Shown here: positions 6,611-15,519 of the stretch, one piece after another
How the letters are laid out: each line of letters opens with the position of its first letter
Numbering within the stretch: the first letter of the stretch is position 1
Origin: a virus
Length of the DNA: 64,000 nucleotides
IMG/VR virus record: IMGVR_UViG_3300032236_000601
Coordinates: 3,786 to 67,785 of that record
Reading direction: 5' to 3' (one strand)
Notes under the pieces: generated by a model
The model's database searches: none
Seen by the model: only the letters and a program-made list of their open reading frames with translations
What the model was told of the DNA's origin: nothing
Program-made: the position numbers and the translations under genes

Positions 6611-6877
6611 TTAGTTCTTTTGTAAAGGATTGAAACTGCCGCCCCAGACATTCTTCTTAACGTTCCAATCATCTGGAAGCATTGAGAGTGCGCCTAGTGC
6701 TCTTGCACGACGAATGATGTGCCTTCTTGCAGCATCATAATCAGATGCACGGCCAACGGACTGAATAGCATTTGCTAAATCTTTACGATTTGAAATGGGA
6801 AACGATCCGTCTGGCATCGCTGTACCAGCAGCAGCCATTCTTTTTCTATCTTTTGAGTTATAATCTTTCTTTTCCAT
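6611..6877 (-). CDS. Small basic protein, candidate internal head protein with scaffold-like C-terminal tag
   Basis: AMPDGSFPI...DLANAI...RRHIIRRARALG..LPDDW domain; ends VKKNVWGGSFNPLQKN. Confidence 0.8.
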   Translation of the reverse strand: MEKKDYNSKDRKRMAAAGTAMPDGSFPISNRKDLANAIQSVGRASDYDAARRHIIRRARALGALSMLPDDWNVKKNVWGGSFNPLQKN

Positions 6878-6899
6878 AATTTAATTCTACCACCTAATA

Positions 6900-7088
6900 T
6901 TATGGCTTAGATGATGGCTTTTCATTAGTCTGTGACTTTGCTGATGCCTCAAAAGCCTCAACTTGTGCCTTTAGACGAACAATTTCTGCTGTCATGTTTG
7001 CAATTTCAATTTCATAGTTCTGAGTAACACGACCATGACGCTGTAGCGTATTGTTTAGTGTAGCCGTGAGAACTTCTACGTCATCCAT
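6900..7088 (-). CDS. Small coiled-coil protein
   Basis: GGAG SD; heptad pattern. Confidence 0.7.
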   Translation of the reverse strand: MDDVEVLTATLNNTLQRHGRVTQNYEIEIANMTAEIVRLKAQVEAFEASAKSQTNEKPSSKP

Positions 7089-7287
7089 CTATAATCTCCA
7101 ATTTATGTTGTTCAAACAGTATTCTTGCAATCTCCTTGTTCATCCAGCGATAACCGCTTGAATGCAAGAAGAATCTTTTTTCATTAATTATTGTTGCTTC
7201 ATTAGTAAGCATTTCTTTAGACCAATGCTTTTCAAGTATAACAACTCTACATCGTAATCCATTCCTGGAAAATCTAGCGACGTACAT
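7081..7287 (-). CDS. Hypothetical protein
   Basis: Fits operon, overlaps next gene by 8 nt. Confidence 0.6.
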   Translation of the reverse strand: MYVARFSRNGLRCRVVILEKHWSKEMLTNEATIINEKRFFLHSSGYRWMNKEIARILFEQHKLEIIDG

Positions 7288-7294
7288 TGTGTGC

Positions 7295-7732
7295 CTACTT
7301 TATAGATACACGTAGTTGCCATGCCCACTTCTTGTACAGATCATCACGTTCTGCCAGGAAGTTAGCGATACCTTGCTCATTTGCACTTTGTGCAATACCA
7401 AAAGCCTTTAGGTTGTCTACAATTGCAGTCTCAATGGAAGATAGCAAATCGGTAGCCATGCTAATTGGATCAGATCCTACCTCAGATTCCTTAACTGTAG
7501 CAAGTTCTAGGAATCTGCTCATCTTAAATGGAGCATATGCTTGCAATGCACGAATATACTCTGCTGTAGGATCTACAGACTCATATACATCAGAATAAAT
7601 ATCTTCAAAAAGAATATGGAATTCCTTAAAGTTAATTCCTTCAACATTCCAGTGATAGCCGTGGGCCTTGAAGTATACTGCATAAGAGTTAGCAAGTACA
7701 ACCTTCAGGGCATCTACAAGATCTTCATTCAT
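7295..7732 (-). CDS. dps: Dps / DNA-protecting mini-ferritin
   Basis: KAHGYHWNVEG.NFKEFH.LFEDIY...DPTAEYIRAL; start MNEDLV 6 nt after TGCTATAAT. Confidence 0.93.
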   Translation of the reverse strand: MNEDLVDALKVVLANSYAVYFKAHGYHWNVEGINFKEFHILFEDIYSDVYESVDPTAEYIRALQAYAPFKMSRFLELATVKESEVGSDPISMATDLLSSIETAIVDNLKAFGIAQSANEQGIANFLAERDDLYKKWAWQLRVSIK

Positions 7733-7739
7733 AATATTA

Positions 7740-8363
7740 TTATAGCACCTCTTCATTCATGTATTCAGAAAGATATTTTTCTTTATTTTTAAGTATGTTT
7801 TCGTTTTCCTCTTCACGAGGATGCCATAAATGATAGCAGTTTCCTGGTATTCTTTTCAACTCTACGCCAGCCTTTTTACCTACAATTATTAATGATATAT
7901 CCTCAAAACCCCAGTCGATATATCCCTCATCGTATGCTCCTATAGAAAAGAAAAAGTCTTTTGGCATTGCGATTGCTCCACCAGTAGCCCAATCTATTGA
8001 CCAGTTACTTATTTTTGGAGAAGGCTTTTGTTCATTTATAAATATCTGTCTACTATAATTCGATGGAATAGAATGATATTCAGAAAATGGATGCACCATA
8101 TATCCTTGACGAGCAAGTTCTATTGCAGCATCAATTTGTTCATGTGGAACAACTGTGTCTGCATCAAGAAAGAGAACTACATCATCTGTACATTGCTTGG
8201 CTCCTAAATTTTTTGATCCAGATCTAGAAAATGGTTTTGTGCCATCATCTGCAATTATTGGATTATACTTTTGCATATGCTCTAATACATATTCAAATGA
8301 TCTATCTCTCCACCAATCACCTGAACTTCTCCAAGGAATGACGATGTTAGTTTTTTGTTCCAT
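7740..8363 (-). CDS. Glycosyltransferase (GT2 / GT7-C-like)
   Basis: IVIPWR, FLDAD, YDEGYIDWGFED, YHLWHP. Confidence 0.9.
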   Translation of the reverse strand: MEQKTNIVIPWRSSGDWWRDRSFEYVLEHMQKYNPIIADDGTKPFSRSGSKNLGAKQCTDDVVLFLDADTVVPHEQIDAAIELARQGYMVHPFSEYHSIPSNYSRQIFINEQKPSPKISNWSIDWATGGAIAMPKDFFFSIGAYDEGYIDWGFEDISLIIVGKKAGVELKRIPGNCYHLWHPREEENENILKNKEKYLSEYMNEEVL

Positions 8364-9036
8364 TACTTTCCTTACCTATATGTTCTACACTAATCCAGTC
8401 AGTCTTTCTATCTCCCCAAATTCCAGAGACTTTTCCCTCTGATCTAATCTTTTTACCAAATTCACTTTCAGACCAATCACTTTCGGGCCAAGTATATTTG
8501 GCAACCCATGCAGGGAATATGCTTGGATTACATGTCCAAAATGCTTTATGAATGACCCAAGGGTAGTATGGTGGAGTCCTACTATAACGCTGATTAAAAT
8601 AACATCCAACCTTTTCTAATGCATCTATGACTCCACCACTTACAATCTCATTTTTATACCAGGGTTGTCTCATAAATGACATTTGAGATAATTCTGGAAA
8701 CTCTTGTAATACTTTTATTACGTCATCAATAACAAATGGCTTTAATAAAATAAAGTCATCTTCTATATGTAAACAATACATTGATCCAGAATCTAAGACT
8801 GTGCTAAATACTTTTCTCATTGCCTTCACATACCCCGCTCTATTTTCTGCAACAGGAATTATTTTAAATGAGGGAAATGTTGAGGAAAGCCAATCTCTAT
8901 ATTCAGGATCTCCTGAATCATCAATAATAAATTTATTATCTATCTGACTATCGTATTGCTCTATCCATGTAGGAAGAGACTTTTCTATATATTGCTTTCT
9001 TCCATCTGTAAGAACTGTCATACATATATTATTCAT
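8347..9036 (-). CDS. Glycosyltransferase (GT-A fold, GT2-like)
   Basis: VLTDGR, IIDDSG, LHIEDDF, WTCNPS, VEHIG; start MNNIC after AGGAG. Confidence 0.85.
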   Translation of the reverse strand: MNNICMTVLTDGRKQYIEKSLPTWIEQYDSQIDNKFIIDDSGDPEYRDWLSSTFPSFKIIPVAENRAGYVKAMRKVFSTVLDSGSMYCLHIEDDFILLKPFVIDDVIKVLQEFPELSQMSFMRQPWYKNEIVSGGVIDALEKVGCYFNQRYSRTPPYYPWVIHKAFWTCNPSIFPAWVAKYTWPESDWSESEFGKKIRSEGKVSGIWGDRKTDWISVEHIGKESNGTKN

Positions 9037-10096
9037 TAATCTCCTTATGACAATCACAATCGCAATGATCTTTTGCAAGACATTGTGAATGCATATTGGA
9101 AGAACAGTATCCAGACATTGCTACCTCAATCATATTAAAATCTTCATCAAAAACTGTGTCTGTTGTAATAAGACCTAGGTTTACCTTATTATCTATCTCT
9201 TCATTATAAAACTTAGAAAAGTTAATCCCAATCATCTCTTGATAGTCAAGATATTTTTGATAGTTTCCAATTCCATATATGCCTACTTCTTTTGTAAGAA
9301 GGATATTCTTTTGAACCCTCTGAGATTCCATCTCAAGTGTAGTCCAAGATCTTCCTCCTACATTATCTGCCCAAATCTTTGGACGATCTTCTCGTTTATA
9401 AAAGTGCCAAGCAATCATTTTGTTGGGGGCATACATATGCCAATCTCTTGTATATGCACGAATAGCAAAACAAAGTTCTTCACCCATAAAACATATTCTT
9501 TCATCATATGGAATTTCATCAACAACATCTCCATGAGTAAAGATTAGTGCTCCTAGAACTGTATGCGTCTTGTGTGGATTAGATTTATCCTCAATCTTTT
9601 CTCTTTTACCAGCCCATACTGCTGCCCAGGTATTAACAACGCTTGTCCAAGATGGCTCATCCCAAAAATCTGGATCGTCCTTTGGGTAATAATCTGTGTT
9701 ATCGGTATGAACAATGTATGGTGCTGGAAAGTGACTTAAGATAACTTTATGAGTTTTTGCATCGTTAGCACACCATTTATACATTTTAATAAGTTCAGTA
9801 TCCCATCCCTTACAAAAACGCATATGAGAATCTGTTTGAAAAAAGAAATCCTCACCATCATATAGTTCCATCGCTAGTTTTCTAGCATATCCAGCACCCT
9901 TAGCATCTTTATAATGCATATTTACTAAACGAATCTGATCTCCTAGCCAACTAAGATCAATAAACTTGTTTCTTTCATCTTGATTTACTATTCCAAAAAC
10001 AAGATCTTCTGGATGATCTGCATTATGTAATAATGATCTAACAGTCTTTTCTAATTCTAGATCACGATATGATGCTATAGATATGAATATGCTCAT
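9029..10096 (-). CDS. GT60-like polypeptide HexNAc transferase (Skp1 GlcNAc-transferase family)
   Basis: SIFISIASYRD, GAGYAR, QTDSHMRF..WD, F.GEE...AIRAYT, WHFY; Cys/His-rich tail. Confidence 0.88.
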   Translation of the reverse strand: MSIFISIASYRDLELEKTVRSLLHNADHPEDLVFGIVNQDERNKFIDLSWLGDQIRLVNMHYKDAKGAGYARKLAMELYDGEDFFFQTDSHMRFCKGWDTELIKMYKWCANDAKTHKVILSHFPAPYIVHTDNTDYYPKDDPDFWDEPSWTSVVNTWAAVWAGKREKIEDKSNPHKTHTVLGALIFTHGDVVDEIPYDERICFMGEELCFAIRAYTRDWHMYAPNKMIAWHFYKREDRPKIWADNVGGRSWTTLEMESQRVQKNILLTKEVGIYGIGNYQKYLDYQEMIGINFSKFYNEEIDNKVNLGLITTDTVFDEDFNMIEVAMSGYCSSNMHSQCLAKDHCDCDCHKEINE

Positions 10097-10362
10097 CCTA
10101 ATTGCTGTCCCCCAGGAACATCGTATACTGGATCAATTGTTGAATTAATTCCAAACGCTAGAATAATTCTTCTCATGTCTTGTAGATATTCGATACAGCG
10201 CAGTCTTTCTGATTCAGAAAGATATCTCCATTCACTTTCATAAAACCTAAGTCCAAGAAATGGTGGATTCATATCTGAATACTCAATAACCTCAACAGTG
10301 AGATCGTGTGGCGGCTTAATTGTTTGTAGTGCAGCCCTCATTTTAGGTGTATAGATACTCAT
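10093..10362 (-). CDS. Hypothetical protein
   Basis: ATGA coupling with both neighbours; start MSIYTPKM. Confidence 0.75.
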   Translation of the reverse strand: MSIYTPKMRAALQTIKPPHDLTVEVIEYSDMNPPFLGLRFYESEWRYLSESERLRCIEYLQDMRRIILAFGINSTIDPVYDVPGGQQLG

Positions 10363-10640
10363 TCTTTCTCCATCGTTAATGATTCCCAGGCAATAAACCA
10401 CTCATCTTTTGTTTTATGAGCGTTAAATTCCTTGTCTATTTTACCATCCTTGAGATAAACTCCGCCCCATACACCCCACTCTTTGTTTGATACGCCCCAA
10501 GCAAAACAATCTTGGTTTACTGGGCATCGTTGACAAAGATGATCTATAGATTTAGATATATGGTTGTCCTCTTCATATTTGTCAAAGAATAGATTTGTAT
10601 CCATTCCAAGACATTCAGCCTTATGCTTCCACCTGTGCAT
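10359..10640 (-). CDS. whiB: WhiB-family transcription factor
   Basis: Four Cys (C..CQRC.....C) and GVWGG. Confidence 0.93.
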   Translation of the reverse strand: MHRWKHKAECLGMDTNLFFDKYEEDNHISKSIDHLCQRCPVNQDCFAWGVSNKEWGVWGGVYLKDGKIDKEFNAHKTKDEWFIAWESLTMEKE

Positions 10641-10851
10641 AGTCTCTCCCGATTGTGTTAGGAAGATACCATCCATCTTCTGTGATGGGGAACACCTTCT
10701 TCTTCATCCATACACCGTTCTTTATGCAGCCATCTGCCGCATACATTGCGTTGCTACTCTTGGTGTACTTAACTACATTCCAGCCGTCCCACTCTAGATC
10801 TTCCCTAGAGTTAATAATTGACTGCATTTCTGATTCATTGGTGATTAGCAT
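10621..10851 (-). CDS. Hypothetical protein
   Basis: AGGAG SD; LEWDGWNVV. Confidence 0.75.
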   Translation of the reverse strand: MLITNESEMQSIINSREDLEWDGWNVVKYTKSSNAMYAADGCIKNGVWMKKKVFPITEDGWYLPNTIGRDYAQVEA

Positions 10852-10858
10852 TTCTCTC

Positions 10859-11218
10859 CTATTCGGATGTATAAACAACACGTTTTATGCCTACTCGCTC
10901 AATTAAAACACTACAGCGAGGGCATGGCTTACTATCCCTATCATTACCATGACGGTTTACTCTTGCAACATATATAATTGCACCCTTTACATTATCCTCT
11001 CCTGCTTCACGAATTGCAACCTCTTCTGCATGATAGGAGCAATCTGTTTTAATGTGTTCAGGAGAAACATAGTGTGGGTTGTTTCTATTTTTATTAAATC
11101 CAGTTCCCATAACTCTGCCGCCTTTTACTAGAACGGCACCGTGCATGTTTCTGGCTTGTGACTTACTAGCAAAATATCTAGCAACGCTCAGGTAGGACTT
11201 ATCTCTTTTACTTAGCAT
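10859..11218 (-). CDS. Zn-dependent cytidine/dCMP deaminase-fold protein
   Basis: HGAVLVKGG, HAE, SKPCPRC. Confidence 0.9.
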   Translation of the reverse strand: MLSKRDKSYLSVARYFASKSQARNMHGAVLVKGGRVMGTGFNKNRNNPHYVSPEHIKTDCSYHAEEVAIREAGEDNVKGAIIYVARVNRHGNDRDSKPCPRCSVLIERVGIKRVVYTSE

Positions 11219-11226
11219 GGCATATC

Positions 11227-11571
11227 CTAGTATCGGAAAATGCCAGTCTCCACTCCAGCCAATTCAGCCGATGCCGTCAACTTAGACGGTCGCTGATTAG
11301 GATTAGAGAGAAAGGCAAAATAGTTAAAGTTAGAAATATTTTCCTCAATGTATGAAGGAGGAACTTTATAGAATCGAACTTTAATTCCACGACGCTTTAG
11401 ACCTTCTTCTGAAAGATTACAAAACTCAGAAGTATAAGAGTTAATTTGCGCTGGACCTGCTGTATATACATTAAACTCACCATCATTAACAGATGATAGT
11501 GCTACGCCCATTGCACGCATAAATACCTGATAGTCTGAGAACTCTTTAGTTCCCTGTACTGCGACGTTCAT
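11227..11571 (-). CDS. Hypothetical protein, SLOG/YspA-like N-terminus
   Basis: MNVAVQGTKEFSDY resembles the xxGSRxFxDY start of SLOG proteins. Confidence 0.6.
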   Translation of the reverse strand: MNVAVQGTKEFSDYQVFMRAMGVALSSVNDGEFNVYTAGPAQINSYTSEFCNLSEEGLKRRGIKVRFYKVPPSYIEENISNFNYFAFLSNPNQRPSKLTASAELAGVETGIFRY

Positions 11572-11572
11572 C

Positions 11573-11893
11573 CTATTCCCTTTCATTATTTATTTCAAGT
11601 TCATCTAATATTGTTAGTAACTGCTCTAATTGTTTTGGTGATAAAGACATTGTATCAATTGGACGAGCAGTTGTAAAGTCTGGCTCACGAGTCACATCAG
11701 ATTCATAGAAAACATTATCGTGAACCCAATATGCTTTTTCATCATATACTGCTACACGAACAATTTCTTTTTCATCATAATCATGCTCAAAATCATCATA
11801 GTCATTTTCTTCATTATGACTTACTCCCTTTGTCATAATAAATAATAGTCCTATAATTGCCAATACCCAAGGTATTAGTATTAGTAAGGCCAT
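11573..11893 (-). CDS. Membrane-anchored hypothetical protein
   Basis: AGGAG SD; N-terminal TM helix, acidic linker, AYWVHDNVFY. Confidence 0.75.
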   Translation of the reverse strand: MALLILIPWVLAIIGLLFIMTKGVSHNEENDYDDFEHDYDEKEIVRVAVYDEKAYWVHDNVFYESDVTREPDFTTARPIDTMSLSPKQLEQLLTILDELEINNERE

Positions 11894-11898
11894 GACTC

Positions 11899-12273
11899 CT
11901 AGCCTCTCTTTGGAAAGAACATTCCTTCCCAATTATTTATAATTGGCTGTTCTGATTTTTCTTTTTCTTCTTTTTTAGGATTTCTATTACTTTTAGAACC
12001 ATTGATAATTTGCTTAAGTCTATTTATTGTATCTACGTTCGTAATTCCTGGTGGAGTTGAATAAGCAATGCTTGATACATCATTTGCTGAATCACGAGTT
12101 GGTGATGGATCATTAGAAAATCCATCAGACTTCTTTGCGTCTTTTACGTTTGCATATAGTGCAGCCAACTGTGCTTGCGCCTGCTCCTTAGTAGGATGCG
12201 TTCCAACGACTCTTCCAGTTTGACTTTGAACAACTTCATATTTTGAACCTGCTCTTTGTACGTTATATGGCAT
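11899..12273 (-). CDS. Hypothetical protein, candidate internal head protein with scaffold-like C-terminal tag
   Basis: MPY...GRVVGTHPTKEQAQAQLAALYAN domain; ends NNWEGMFFPKRG. Confidence 0.78.
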   Translation of the reverse strand: MPYNVQRAGSKYEVVQSQTGRVVGTHPTKEQAQAQLAALYANVKDAKKSDGFSNDPSPTRDSANDVSSIAYSTPPGITNVDTINRLKQIINGSKSNRNPKKEEKEKSEQPIINNWEGMFFPKRG

Positions 12274-12310
12274 ATATAATCACATCCTTAATATTATTAT
12301 ATACTAATTG

Positions 12311-12385
12311 TACGGCGGGTGAGATTTGAACTCACGATAGACGGCTTATAAGACCGCTGCCAAAACCAGACTAGGCTACCGCCGC
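12311..12385 (-). tRNA. trnI: tRNA-Ile (TAT)
   Basis: Acceptor GCGGCGG/CCGCCGT, A73; stem GCGGT/GCCGT, loop CT-TAT-AA; T-loop TTCAAAT. Confidence 0.88.
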
Positions 12386-12394
12386 ATGTATGGT

Positions 12395-12574
12395 TTACAG
12401 ATTTATAAGTGCTAGGATTCCCCAAGTCATAAGACATAGGTTTGCAATTAAACTAATTACAGAAATAATTGGAAAGCGATCTCCCTCTGCAAGAATGTAT
12501 CCAATATTAAGTAATTGCAAACATGAATTTACAGTAAGCAATACAAGAATTGCAATAATAAACCCTACAATCAT
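12395..12574 (-). CDS. 59-aa two-TM membrane protein (below ORF-track cutoff)
   Basis: GAAAGGGA SD; MIVGFIIAILVLLTVNSCLQLLNIGYILAEGDRFPIISVISLIANLCLMTWGILALINL. Confidence 0.7.
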   Translation of the reverse strand: MIVGFIIAILVLLTVNSCLQLLNIGYILAEGDRFPIISVISLIANLCLMTWGILALINL

Positions 12575-12601
12575 TTTGTCCCTTTCGTCTGGTTAAGTCT
12601 A

Positions 12602-14389
12602 TCAGAGTAATCCGAATGAGTCAAGGAAACTTGCAATATCCCTTGGCATTTCTTTTGCTGGAGAAAATAAATCATCATCAAACTCTTTTTCATGTTGTTT
12701 AGTAATAGACTTCCAATCATGAATATCTATTTCTTGATTAGCATTTCTTGGGGTATGTGCAATTGCATTGTATACTGCCCCCGTCACAGCGTCTGACAAG
12801 TCCTTAGATCCTTTTCGTGGATGGTCAACCTTCTTGTCTGAAACAATTCTCAGTTCACTCATTTCTTGTAAAAGAATATCAATATGAGGCATCATGACAC
12901 GTTCTTCATAATAAAGCATTGCAAGATCTTCATAATGCTTCTTACCTACAGAAAGAGTTTCTGTTTTAATTCCAACAGTCTGCAACTCCTGCTGAATGTC
13001 AAATGATTGCCAACGGTCAAACGTTACAAGCCCTAACCTAAACCCTTGTCTACGAAAGTTAATAATCCAATTCTTTACTTCTGAAAGATCTACTGGACCT
13101 TCTTTTCTTGGTTCCCACCAGACAACGGCATCAACAATCACAAAAGGAACAATCTGGGTATAGTCATTGAATGTTCTTACCTGAACCCATTTATCAACAT
13201 GAGCAATAGCAATAGCACACTTATCGTGCTTCTGAGCAAGGTCTGCGTGCATAAAGTATCTAACATCTTCCTCAGGCTCCCAGACAGGCTCTATGCGCTT
13301 AAATTGATCTACAGGGTTATGGCGACACATTGCTTTTTCTAACTTATCTTTTTGCTTAAAAAAGGCATCTGAAGAGAATGATGGCATACAAGCAAATCTT
13401 TGCATTGCATCTGCATAATCTGTCATAAAAGCAATCTTAAAATCATCTATCCTTCTTGTTGGATTTGCTTCCCAGGTTGGGCGTTTAATGGCATAAATTC
13501 CTGGATACTTATAAGAAATAATGTGATCTTCTGTCCATTCAACGATAAACTTATTACCTTCTTGATCTTCTGGTATATCTGGATTAATAATAAATTCATG
13601 TGACTTATGTTCAACATCTTTTTCAGCAACTACTTCATCATAACGCTTGGAAATAAAGTCACCTGGATACCTAGGAAATGAAAGAAGAATTACTTTTCCA
13701 AAATCTGGAAAACGAGAATCAACAGAAGCACGGAACGCCTTATAGATTGCATCACCAGTTTTTGCATTTTCATTACCAGATGCCGAATCTTGAGCAAAAC
13801 CAGAAATCTCATCAAGGATTGCCAATATAAGGTTTAATCCCTCATGGCTTTCTCTTTCTGAATGTCCTGAATATACGGTTATTGCTTTATCAAATTCAAT
13901 GCTGTCAACCTTTGCGTCAAATTTTCCAGCAAACCACGGAGATCTTCCAATCTTATTCTTAAATCCCTTAAAGAATACGTTCTTAGCCTGCTGTGCATTA
14001 ATGGCAACGTTAATAATATCAATAGCGTCACCAGGTGGCTTTCCAAAATATCGCGCAGGATCTTTAAGACAAAGTAATTTATAAACTAGGTAGGCGCAAC
14101 CAATTGTAGATGTATGATCTTTTCCAGATCCCTTTCCTAGTTGAAGAAGAACTTCTGCTTTTGTATATTTCTTATAATGATTTCTTCCAGCATCTTCACC
14201 CATAAAACGAATGAGATCTTCTTCCTTATAAATTTGACTCATTGCTTCTACAAGATCTCTTTGAATTTGTGACAACTCAGGCTGATCTAAAAAATTTTGA
14301 TCATGCAAAAATGTGTCAAGATCTACTGGAGTTTCTTCAAATGGTGAATCATCAAGGGCATCAAGGAATGCAGAAAAATCAAGACTCAT
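12602..14389 (-). CDS. terL: Terminase large subunit
   Basis: Walker A LGKGSGKD, Walker B AILDE, nuclease HADLA...TFDRWQS...SKDLSDA. Confidence 0.93.
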   Translation of the reverse strand: MSLDFSAFLDALDDSPFEETPVDLDTFLHDQNFLDQPELSQIQRDLVEAMSQIYKEEDLIRFMGEDAGRNHYKKYTKAEVLLQLGKGSGKDHTSTIGCAYLVYKLLCLKDPARYFGKPPGDAIDIINVAINAQQAKNVFFKGFKNKIGRSPWFAGKFDAKVDSIEFDKAITVYSGHSERESHEGLNLILAILDEISGFAQDSASGNENAKTGDAIYKAFRASVDSRFPDFGKVILLSFPRYPGDFISKRYDEVVAEKDVEHKSHEFIINPDIPEDQEGNKFIVEWTEDHIISYKYPGIYAIKRPTWEANPTRRIDDFKIAFMTDYADAMQRFACMPSFSSDAFFKQKDKLEKAMCRHNPVDQFKRIEPVWEPEEDVRYFMHADLAQKHDKCAIAIAHVDKWVQVRTFNDYTQIVPFVIVDAVVWWEPRKEGPVDLSEVKNWIINFRRQGFRLGLVTFDRWQSFDIQQELQTVGIKTETLSVGKKHYEDLAMLYYEERVMMPHIDILLQEMSELRIVSDKKVDHPRKGSKDLSDAVTGAVYNAIAHTPRNANQEIDIHDWKSITKQHEKEFDDDLFSPAKEMPRDIASFLDSFGLL

Positions 14390-14903
14390 GAATAACTACA
14401 GCCTCTCCAGTGGGACCAGAGACCTCTGCTAAACGCTTTAAAACTTTTGGTTTACAAACTGCACATGAACCAGAAACATCTTTAAGAATTTCCATAAGCA
14501 GTTCTTGTTTACGCTCTGTCTCTAGCAACTGGTCTGCAAGTTCCTTATTTTCTAAAAGCCCAGCCTTTTGAAGCATATCAATGCGCTTAGATTCTATATC
14601 AAGAATAAGTTTAATTGCGGCTGTTTTTGCAGACAGATTGCTAAGAATAGTTGCTTCATCAATAACTTCATATGCTTGTTTAATTAGTTTTGAATAGTGT
14701 TGGTCTGCGCCAGCGAGTGCTTCACGTGCTCTAGATCTAACAGCCTCGCTGTTGCTTGCCATGCTTTTCCACTCTCGTAACAGAGAGGAAACTCGTGCTC
14801 TTGGAATATCAAGTTCTTTAGAGATTTCAGTTTCATTAAATCCCTTTATATATTCTGTTGCCACACGATTTACTTCTTCCATGTGTTCAATTAATTCACT
14901 CAT
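14379..14903 (-). CDS. HTH protein, probable terminase small subunit
   Basis: N-terminal HTH then long helices; overlaps terL start. Confidence 0.65.
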   Translation of the reverse strand: MSELIEHMEEVNRVATEYIKGFNETEISKELDIPRARVSSLLREWKSMASNSEAVRSRAREALAGADQHYSKLIKQAYEVIDEATILSNLSAKTAAIKLILDIESKRIDMLQKAGLLENKELADQLLETERKQELLMEILKDVSGSCAVCKPKVLKRLAEVSGPTGEAVVIHES

Positions 14904-14924
14904 AAGACCTCATATTATAGCAGT

Positions 14925-14974
14925 GGCAGGGTAGATTGTTGCCACCAATAGAAAATTAGGTTATCTACCCTGCC
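14925..14974 (-). terminator. 12-bp stem with 26-nt loop between SLT gene and terminase promoter
   Basis: GGCAGGGTAGAT / ATCTACCCTGCC; TGCTATAAT follows directly on minus strand. Confidence 0.55.
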
Positions 14975-14979
14975 GACTG

Positions 14980-15519
14980 TTACTTACAATTGCTTGGAAA
15001 CTTCTTGTACCAAGACTTGAATTTAAAATAAATGGACTTTGGTGTATAGCCACCTTCATATTGTCCACGACCACCAATATCCCACGGATAAAAGGTTCGA
15101 CCATGTTGCGAAATGCTATAGGCAATCATGATGTTATATTTGCTGGTCAGCAACTTTTGTGTATTCCACCAGGGTTGGCTTGACCATGCTGCGCGGTTGA
15201 ATTGAAATACTCCATAGTCTCCAGTAGAAGAGATATGTGTTGCGGCTCCTCCACTTTCACGCATAGCAATTGACCATGCAATCTTCAATCCTCTACCCTT
15301 AAAACCAGCGGCCTTTAATTCTTTGACCAAATGGTTCTTACAGATAGTTGTTGGCTTTGCTAAAGCCTTATCATTTACGACAGGCTTTGCTAGAGCCTCC
15401 GTCGCAATAGGTGCATTTGACTTAGCATACACCTGTTCGTTGGTAGCAGCAACTGCACTTGATCCTGAGATCATCATTAGTACAGCCACAATACCTCCTA
15501 CCAGTTTCGTTTTCGTCAT
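14980..15519 (-). CDS. Secreted lysozyme-like / lytic transglycosylase
   Basis: Signal peptide; IAMRESGG catalytic Glu, GDYGVFQFN, LL...YN..IAY, YPW. Confidence 0.85.
   Translation of the reverse strand: MTKTKLVGGIVAVLMMISGSSAVAATNEQVYAKSNAPIATEALAKPVVNDKALAKPTTICKNHLVKELKAAGFKGRGLKIAWSIAMRESGGAATHISSTGDYGVFQFNRAAWSSQPWWNTQKLLTSKYNIMIAYSISQHGRTFYPWDIGGRGQYEGGYTPKSIYFKFKSWYKKFPSNCK

Noticed and set aside
12390-12596. Plus-strand 68-aa ORF
   Set aside because: A minus-strand 59-aa membrane ORF with an SD occupies the same space and matches the local gene direction
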